Of a stretch of 64,000 nucleotides of DNA, positions 57,801 to 64,000 are shown piece after piece. Each line of letters begins with the position of its first letter. The stretch's first letter is position 1. Below the pieces are notes generated by a model. It saw nothing but the letters and a program-made list of their open reading frames with translations, had not been told where the DNA came from and ran no database searches. This DNA is from Octopus vulgaris (taxonomy: Eukaryota), in contig OX597827.1 of the NCBI GenBank assembly GCA_951406725.2, positions 74,958,001 to 75,022,000 on the forward strand. The letters run 5' to 3'. The translations under genes were made by a program, and so were the position numbers.

Positions 57801-57953
57801 AAAGCAAACGTTATTAACCTTCTTTACAAGTGCCTGAAGTGAAACCAGGTGGACATCCATGTGGGCATATTCCAGTGACTCTGTCGCACACGTCCTTATC
57901 TCGACAGTTGCATTCCTCATTACAGCCAGAACCATACTTTCCAGGAGAACACT
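3978..57953 (-). CDS. Partial multi-exon gene: multiple EGF-like (laminin-EGF type) repeat protein, MEGF10/CED-1/SCARF-like ectodomain; 10 exons visible, both ends outside the window or not found
   Basis: Ten 132/135-nt exons with a polypyrimidine-AG acceptor and GT donor, all phase 1-1, no internal stops, each with 8 Cys in the pattern C-x2-G-x-[YF]-G-x2-C-x3-C-x-C-x4/5-C-x4-G-x-C-x2-G-C-x2-G-x5-C. Junction codons from A3 to C1 are all sense (GCA, TTC, CAG, GTC, CAG, GTA, TTC). That they form one transcript is inference. Confidence 0.8.
4578..6593 (-). mobile_element. Degenerate R4/Dong-like non-LTR retrotransposon, 5' part to RT core (paralogs 26676-28697, 42390-44414, 51936-52873)
   Basis: Frameshifted RT motifs [31 protein letters not shown], WIDYx[25 protein letters not shown]. 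Confidence 0.9.
6594..7103 (-). mobile_element. Remnant of a second R4/Dong-like element (3' end deleted in copies 1 and 4; paralog 52873-53382)
   Basis: [21 protein letters not shown]...HGKY...[18 protein letters not shown]. Confidence 0.9.
7128..8160 (-). mobile_element. Internally deleted R4/Dong-like element next to (TAA)n (paralogs 45818-46860, 53408-54440; truncated at 30072-30225)
   Basis: N-terminal-like peptide on the minus strand; 5' sequence (gtgacaccatcactag) similar to that of the 4578-6593 element; abuts a TAA repeat. Confidence 0.55.
8290..8505 (+). mobile_element. tRNA-derived SINE, present in copies 1 and 4 (54567-54785), absent in copy 3
   Basis: GGCGGCTAGCTGGTAGAGTCGTTAG A-box region, GAGTTCAAATTCC B-box, GATCGACTTTGCCTTTC core. 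Confidence 0.85.
8790..10300 (+). mobile_element. Degenerate, internally deleted R4/Dong-like LINE with restriction-like endonuclease (paralogs 46965-48690, 55068-56580)
   Basis: [47 protein letters not shown]...[20 protein letters not shown]. Confidence 0.85.
10590..10721 (-). CDS. EGF-like exon B1: [44 protein letters not shown]
   Basis: ttatttttttcag|TATGCCCT...CAAGAAT|gtgagt; 132 nt; lies within ORF-track entry 10546..10746. Confidence 0.9.
11541..11675 (-). CDS. EGF-like exon A1: [45 protein letters not shown]
   Basis: ttgttcttttcag|AGTGTTCT...AAAGAAG|gttaat; 135 nt; the ORF track reports a different frame here. Confidence 0.88.
13590..14030. mobile_element. Two old degenerate SINE remnants in opposite orientations
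   Basis: aaaaggatgaaaggaaaaattgac (minus) and gaagttcaaattctgttgac...tttccatccttcc (plus) resemble the SINE core. Confidence 0.45.
14163..14232. repeat. (GTA)n/(GCA)n microsatellite (also 33728-33787, 60441-60519)
   Basis: Direct reading. Confidence 0.95.
14445..16250 (+). mobile_element. 5'-truncated CR1-group LINE (RT), three single-site frameshifts, (ATT)n tail
   Basis: [77 protein letters not shown]. Confidence 0.95.
16253..16378. repeat. (ATT)n followed by (AAT)n, a self-complementary microsatellite pair (also 35801-35866, 62543-62654)
   Basis: Direct reading. Confidence 0.95.
16530..18460 (+). mobile_element. Degenerate L1/Tx1-like LINE 5' part: ORF1 and start of APE endonuclease (paralogs ~36030-37710, ~62810-64000)
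   Basis: ORF1-like ...[18 protein letters not shown]; [31 protein letters not shown] matches the APE N-terminal motifs (NVRGL, xET). Confidence 0.65.
18460..18960 (-). mobile_element. L1/Tx1-like APE endonuclease fragment, opposite orientation (paralog 37710-38200)
   Basis: [12 protein letters not shown]...[10 protein letters not shown]...FRLVALYIP; the copy-2 paralog reads [31 protein letters not shown]. Confidence 0.7.
19072..19168. repeat. (CT)n(AT)n microsatellite (paralog 38324-38433 has different lengths)
   Basis: Direct reading. Confidence 0.95.
19422..19950 (-). mobile_element. Solo LTR (529 bp) with 4-bp TSD
   Basis: TGTA...TACA ends; GTTG duplicated at 19418-19421 and 19951-19954; single GTTG at the empty site 38681-38684; AATAAA on the minus strand near 19550. 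Confidence 0.85.
19951..21460 (-). mobile_element. Degenerate L1/Tx1-like ORF1 region (paralog 38685-40190)
   Basis: Same peptide as 1-950 plus a low-complexity N/T/K-rich tail; oriented toward the minus-strand APE fragment. Confidence 0.5.
22556..25500 (+). mobile_element. Two head-to-tail Helitron-like copies (22556-24029 and 24030-25500)
   Basis: Exact junction ...GATACTGCTAG|TCTCTTATTATAAAAGG; each carries the piggyBac fragment. Confidence 0.85.
26076..26210 (-). CDS. EGF-like exon C2: [45 protein letters not shown]
   Basis: tttgttttacag|TCTGCGAA...CAGGAAC|gtaagt; 135 nt, 8 Cys. Confidence 0.9.
28730..30040 (-). mobile_element. 5'-truncated R4/Dong-like element with Zn knuckle and RLE, inserted in (TAA)n (paralog 44470-45775)
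   Basis: [54 protein letters not shown]; TAA repeats on both sides. Confidence 0.92.
30704..30838 (-). CDS. EGF-like exon A2 (identical to A1 by eye)
   Basis: Same splice sites and sequence as 11541-11675. Confidence 0.88.
33994..35800 (+). mobile_element. CR1-group LINE, copy 2 (stops and frameshifts)
   Basis: Same RT motifs, with in-frame TAA/TGA and small deletions. Confidence 0.95.
41791..41925 (-). CDS. EGF-like exon C3: [45 protein letters not shown]
   Basis: tttgttttacag|TCTGCGAT...CAGGAAC|gtaagt; 135 nt; 3 nt different from C2. Confidence 0.9.
48983..49114 (-). CDS. EGF-like exon B3: [44 protein letters not shown]
   Basis: gggtttttttcag|CATGCCCT...CAAGCAT|gtgagt; 132 nt, 8 Cys. 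Confidence 0.9.
49934..50068 (-). CDS. EGF-like exon A3: [45 protein letters not shown]
   Basis: ttgttcttttcag|AGTGTCCT...AAAGAAG|gttaat; 135 nt, 8 Cys. Confidence 0.88.
51836..51935. other. Assembly gap (100 N)
   Basis: Run of N; exactly 100 N usually marks a gap of unknown size. Confidence 1.
56868..56999 (-). CDS. EGF-like exon B4 (identical to B1)
   Basis: Same sequence and splice sites as 10590-10721. Confidence 0.8.
57819..57953 (-). CDS. EGF-like exon A4 (identical to A1)
   Basis: Same sequence and splice sites as 11541-11675. Confidence 0.8.
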
Positions 57954-60458
57954 CTGAAAAGAACAATTTCTTTTAATATCCACCAGATTTGATGTTAAAC
58001 AGACTCTGTTAAAGTTTAAAATATCAGATACACTTTACCGACTACATGAATTAAGAATTAGAAGAGACAAGTTAAAAGCTACCGAAAGAATTATGTGAAG
58101 GATTTCCTTACGATGCCATTTATCAAATGCTGTTTCTGTTTTTGCGGAGTTCAGTTTAAAATCAGATACGATGAGCATATCTATAATAGTTGATCGAAAG
58201 AGTAAGTGCAAGTCACAGATCTATTACACTTGATATACGAAGCCTTCACCACTTGGTGGGCCTTCGCACTAATACATCCTGAATATGAATTATTGTCAGT
58301 TGGGACATGTGTTTCTTTTTTTGCCCAGTCTATTTTTGTATGCTTGTTGGTTCAAGTGATGAACTCCTCGAGGACAAATGTGAAATCTAGAGAGCGCTTA
58401 AGGTGGTTCTTGGAGTTGTTTGGCCCCAAAACAATGACCACCCAGCTTATTTTCAGAGAGTGTATACAGTATCTGAATAGCTAAATTATCTTATGTATTC
58501 TTTCTTTGTATACGAGGGTAGTGTGTGATTTGAGGAAGATTTGGCTACTATTTCTTGCAGGTCAGGATTGTGTGTGTGTGTGTGTGTGTTTCCTTGGACG
58601 GATATTCTCTTCAGAATAGTGTTGAAATTGTTGTTGCTTCGACCACTGTTAGCCTTGATCAGATATCTAAGGTATTCCGTCATTCGCTGTTGGTTTTAAG
58701 TGTAAAATATCTTTTTAAGATGGAGAATGCAATTTGAATGGCATTTGGCTGCTATTTTTAACAAATCAATCAATCCTACAAAATTTCTTTCGTGGTCCTT
58801 TGGTGTTGTAGCAGTGTTGGGCTGTGTAACAGATATGTTTGAAGGAGTATCAGAGGTTGATATTGCAGTAGTTGTGAAGGCGTTGTATATGCAAATGTTT
58901 GCTAACGGAGTTATAGAGATTGTAAGGGTTAGATTTTGCTGTACCAACACAATTTGTTCTTCGCTAGGTTTGGAGTGATTTAATTTTTAGGGTTCACTTA
59001 GAATGAGGAATGAAAGTAACATATGAAGGTGATGCATATCTGTTATTGGAAGTTATGTGCAGTTTAAGATTAAAAGGAATGGGTAGAGTTCGGGTCTTTG
59101 TGGTAACTATACGGAATTTCTCTTATATTTCATGGCTTAAATATTTTTAAAATCTTTACTCTTATCTAAACATATATTTTGAGTAACTACTATACCAATA
59201 GTTGCCCCTGTTAAGTACTACTCAACAAAATCGCATATGTCTGCTTATAAACTGTCCGCTCTACAAGTCAGACACTCAGACTTCAGAAATCCGATCCTTT
59301 TCTTCCAAAGACTTGGTGGATTAAACTATCTTCTAATCTCTGTGCATTAACTCTTTGTTGATTAATCCATTATCTCCAATTTGACAGCGAAATTAGGAGA
59401 GATATTTTATTTCTTCGGAAACTGACCTTCTCTGATGTCCAAATTTACTTTTCTTTACTATATATGAACTTCTCTATTTTACAAATTTTAATACTCTTGT
59501 AATAATACCCACACTGGGCGTTGCAATACCATGATGTACCTCGAGGTGTAATTAGATGTGCCACGACAATAATACAATATTTTAAAGCAGAAAAGACAAG
59601 ATAATGTACTTAATATAAAGTACTTCCTTTATTTACTAGCATTACATGTAAAAACAAATTGATTGAAGAAGAAATAAGGTATGTATACATCTCATAAAGA
59701 TGTGTTAAGTAGCTGTTTTTGTTTCGATTCTGTTTGAAAATTTAATTAAATATGACTAGATTTAATACATGCACATCTTCATCATTTTAAACTTTGTGTA
59801 TCCTATCTCCCACTAAGAGCCGATTTTTTCAAGAAGGAAAAAAATATTGGATTAGTTCTATATTCTTGACGCCAAAAGGATGAAAGGAAAAATTGACATT
59901 AGTGGTATTTGAAATCACTGTACAAATATTCTTAAGAAATACTGCAAGGTACCCTATTCGATGTTTTAACACCTCTGCCTCTTCTGCGTCTATTGGCATT
60001 CATTATATTGGGAAAGTCATTTTTTATGTCAGGAATGTAGTGCAATGAAATTACCTGTGAAGTATATTACTGACACAGAAAAAAGATACTAAATTTAAAG
60101 AATTGTTACAGTGTATTGCAAAATCCTTGCAGTATTTAGCTTTGGCCATTTAAGTCTAAAGTTCAAATTCTGTTGACATTAACTCCACTTTCCATCCTTC
60201 CAGAATTAATAATATTAAAAAAAATTTACCAATACCGGAATTGGTTTAATCGACTGATACTGATATCTCCCAAATTTTTTGAAGTATGAAACCTACGACT
60301 GAAAATGAATCTTTAATGTCTTCATAGTCGTGTTTGCACTTTAAGATTGAGTGAGAATATAAATTCCAACAGCTATAGTATTCTTGTAAGAAAACACCCA
60401 GGAATTATTAACTTTGAAACATATTCTACAAAATGTTAACGTAGTAGTAGTAGTAGTA

Positions 60459-60502
<44 letters not shown>

Positions 60503-60729
60503 CCAGTAGCAGCAGCAGCAGGAGAAGGAATTCAAAAACTGGTGGAAGATACGGGGTAATTTATACTCAGAGCAGAGACGATCCGGAATGCGACAGAGTG
60601 GTTACTTCTAAAGGCAGCCAAGGAGTAGGTCATGATGTTAAAATGTGTAGTAGTAGTAGTAAGTATAATTTTTATGGCCGCCCTACTAAGGAGACACGGT
60701 ACCTCGAAGCTCAGTATGTTGTAGTAGTG

Positions 60730-62540
60730 CTTGAATTTGAACAGTGCATAGCAGCCAATCCTGACAGCAAGGTTTTCTGGATATATGTGCATTCAAAGCA
60801 GAGACCTCACTCTCCAGTGGGCCCTCTTCGCAACCCTCACACAAATCAGATCACTGACGACCCCAAGGAACGCGCAGAACTCATTGCCGAGTGCTATTCA
60901 AACATATTCACTGTTGAAAGTCAAAATGTACCATCTTCACCATCACTAACAGCAAATTCCATAACAACTATGGAATTTACACCTGCAATGCTGCGACGTC
61001 ACCTTCAAAATAAGTGCAACTATGCCTCCCCTGGTCTTGATGGAGTTACATACCTGCTTCTCAAACGTGGCAGGTACTTCCTTTTATACCAGCTTTCTAT
61101 TTTCTTCCAGTACTCTCTCAACAATGGTGCTACTCCGGAGCAGTGGAAAACTGCCAGTGTCATTCCTCTGTTCAAAAAGGGCGACCGCACATCACCTGTC
61201 AACTATCCCCCAGTCAGTCTCACTAGCTGTATTGCAAAACTGATGGAATCGTGTGTCAGAGAAACACTCTGGAACTTCTGGAGCTCTCACAGTCTCATCC
61301 GACCCTCACAATATGGATTTGTCCCTGACTCCAGCTGCAGTGATCAGCTTGTCGAGTTCCTTGAGGACATTACTCAGATCACTGACAGTGGCTCATGGGT
61401 GGATGTTGTCTACCTTGACTTTGCTAAGGCTTTCAACTCTGTGCCACACAAAAGGCTTATGGTGAAACTCTCTGCAATGGGTGTGAGGGATGACCTTTTT
61501 AACTGGTTGAAATCCTTCATTCTTAGCCGAAAGGAGGTAGTCACAGTTCTAGGACAGCATTCTACACCATATGAGATGTCATCGGGTGTACCACAGGGAT
61601 CTGTCCTTGGTCCCCTCTTGTTTGTGGCATACATTAATGACATAGATGCCAATTTAAAGAATGCCACAATATTGAAATATGCAGACGACATCAAGCTGTA
61701 CCTTGAAATCAAGAGGACAGATCCTGATGTCTACAACTCTTTCCTGCAATCAGACCTAGACACAATGCAGCAATGGATCACAGACTGGCAACTGAAACTG
61801 GCTGTGGACAAGTGTACCACCATGCATTTTGGGAGAAAAAACCCTGCGTCCACATACTCCCTCCACAACACTGATATCAAGAAATCCTCCTGCGAGCGTG
61901 ACCTAGGCATCACTGTCAGCAGTGATTTGCGTTGGACAAAGCATATCTCTAAAATTGTCGAGAAGGCCGAGGGTGTCTTGGCATCATTCAGCAAGACTTT
62001 TCTTTGCCACTCTCCAGCCATCTATTTAAAACTGTATACAGCTATGGTACGACCACACTTGGAATTCGCATCATCAGTTTGGAACCCCTATCTTGCTCAG
62101 AACATTGACCTCCTGGAATCTGTCCAGAGACGTGCAACCAAACGCATACCCTCCATCAGACACCTACCATATTCTGAGCGCCTTGTTTCCCTGGGCATGG
62201 ATTCACTGAAGCTCCGGCGTCTGGCGACGGACTTGATAAGCACCCACAGAGTTATCAACCACCTCACCAACAACAACACTGAACGCCTTCTTGATCTCCA
62301 TGTGTCTAACACATGTGGACATGCCTACAAAGTCAGAAAACAACACAGCTACCATGACTTTCGGGAACGTTTTTTCACGCTCAGAGTTGCTGAAGCATGG
62401 AATAAACTGCCTGCGTCAGTTGTTGACTGCCATGACACTACATCCTTTAAGGCCCTCATGCTTTCCGAAATCCGCCGAAACTACACCTGATTGTATATAC
62501 ACTTTAGATGAGTTGTAGTGCACCTGAGCACTGTACACAA
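60730..62540 (+). mobile_element. CR1-group LINE, copy 4: 5'-truncated but uninterrupted RT frame (630-aa ORF 60598-62490)
   Basis: ORF track; full RT motif set; no endonuclease domain. Confidence 0.95.
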
Positions 62541-62571
<31 letters not shown>

Positions 62572-62573
62572 AA

Positions 62574-62655
<82 letters not shown>

Positions 62656-64000
62656 TTTTTCGGAATTCTAAGGCACCGTTCTTTCGTTTCTTTTATCACC
62701 ACCTTGTTTCTGACATTGCCTGGACTGCGCGAATAGTTTTTTTGCTTAGTAATGCATTCTGTTTTGCGGGAGATGCGCATCAATTTTTTTTTTTTCCCGC
62801 CAACTAATGGAGAAGACAAATATTTTCTTATTTTACATATATATTGAAACATAGCTGATAAAGAATTCATTATAATGTTCAACGACGGGATGCGTTCCTT
62901 GTCGGAGAAAAAAGAGAATACTGGCATACCATTGACTACAGTATGTGACCACCGTGCCAGCGAAAAAGAAAACCGAGTTGAATATATTTTCGTCTCTAAA
63001 CAATGCTGAAACAGTGAAGTAGCAATTAAAGAAAACATACGAAGACGACGGCGACGATGACGACAACAACAACGTCGACAGCAATACCGATAATAACGAA
63101 GTGAAAGTTAAAGAAGGAAAGATAAACAAAGAAAATTTTAAAGGAAACGTGAACATCACTACCGCCATAGACGCCACAACAGTCTCCGCTGCAGCCGCTA
63201 AAGCAGCAAGGGATCCTGGAATTGGGATTTTTTTTATTTTATTTATTTTTTTTTTTGTAAATGCTACGAGAAATCTTGAAGATTTCCCCATCGACGAAGA
63301 AGAATTGAAATTGGCCCAAAAAATCGTTCAAAGAAATAGAAGAGAAGTTGCCCAAAACTCTCCACTCGACGTGATCGGAAACATCTTAAGATACTCGGTT
63401 ACATACTGCTGCATTGGAGTAAAATCGCTCCGAATGAAAAATGTTTCTGACAGCTAAATCCAGAAATGCTTTGAATGCGTGTGACAATAGAAGACCCACA
63501 TCATCCGAGGAAAGAAATTTTGGACGATTGAAGCTATTGCAGCTAACACCTTGCTAAAGTTGTGGTGATGAACGTGAAATATCGCCAGAAATATCCATCG
63601 CCAGAGGGATATGTCGCCAGATGGTTAGTGACCGCTGTCTTGGCAAGTATAGAGGAAGACAACGTGACTATCTTGGTGGTAAAGAAAATACCTCAACAAA
63701 ACTGGTCCTGTATAGGTATGAAACTAACATTACAATGTATGCAAACCTATATCGACGAGCTACCTAACCTAATAGGCCTCCCGGATGGTACTCACCTGTC
63801 AGTGTTAATGGAGGGTAGAAAACCAAGATGCTATATTTATGACTCATTGAAAGTTTTTCGGCCCTCAAGCAAGGAAAACAAAACTCCCACTGCTACCAAC
63901 ACCACAAACACAAAATCATGGAGACGAGCTCAAGATTGCTTCGCCCACACCAATACAAAGAAGTCTACTCCCGGCTACCACGGAAATCAAGCTTCACCTG

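Larger units (their letters stand above)
51936..64000. repeat. Copy 4: near-identical to 5718-17719 (very recent duplicate or uncollapsed haplotype)
   Basis: Shares copy-1-specific indels (deletion at 6594/52873, SINE-containing insert at 8274/54551) and has identical exons. Confidence 0.9.

Noticed and set aside
60598-62490. Domesticated RT gene, or RT-driven diversifier (DGR-like) of the EGF exons
   Set aside because: Ordinary 5'-truncated CR1 with a microsatellite tail; the N-terminus is read-through of flanking repeat; exon changes are not adenine-specific and no template repeat is seen

Overview
This is AT-rich, microsatellite- and transposon-laden animal genomic DNA. The tRNA-derived SINE family, Dong/R4-like LINEs in (TAA)n and Helitron-type elements are what I associate with octopus/cephalopod genomes (inference, not verified). 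The window is a tandem array of a ~19-20.5 kb unit: copy 1 ~1-20512, copy 2 ~20513-39243, copy 3 ~39244-51835, a 100-N gap, then copy 4 (51936-64000), which is almost identical to 5718-17719. Between the TE debris on the minus strand, and mostly missed by the ORF track, lie ten short phase-1/phase-1 exons of 132-135 nt with AG/GT ends. They fall into three types (A, B, C), each encoding an 8-cysteine EGF/laminin-EGF-like module of MEGF10/CED-1/SCARF type, in transcript order A4 B4 [gap] A3 B3 C3 A2 C2 A1 B1 C1. The main signal is that introns and dead TEs differ by only a few percent between units, while several paralogous exon pairs differ at 8-15% of sites, almost all amino-acid-changing, with every Cys kept. 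This points to a recently expanded, rapidly diversifying EGF-repeat ectodomain (a candidate recognition receptor). The start, signal peptide, TM and stop exons were not found in the window. All counts are manual and TE boundaries are approximate.
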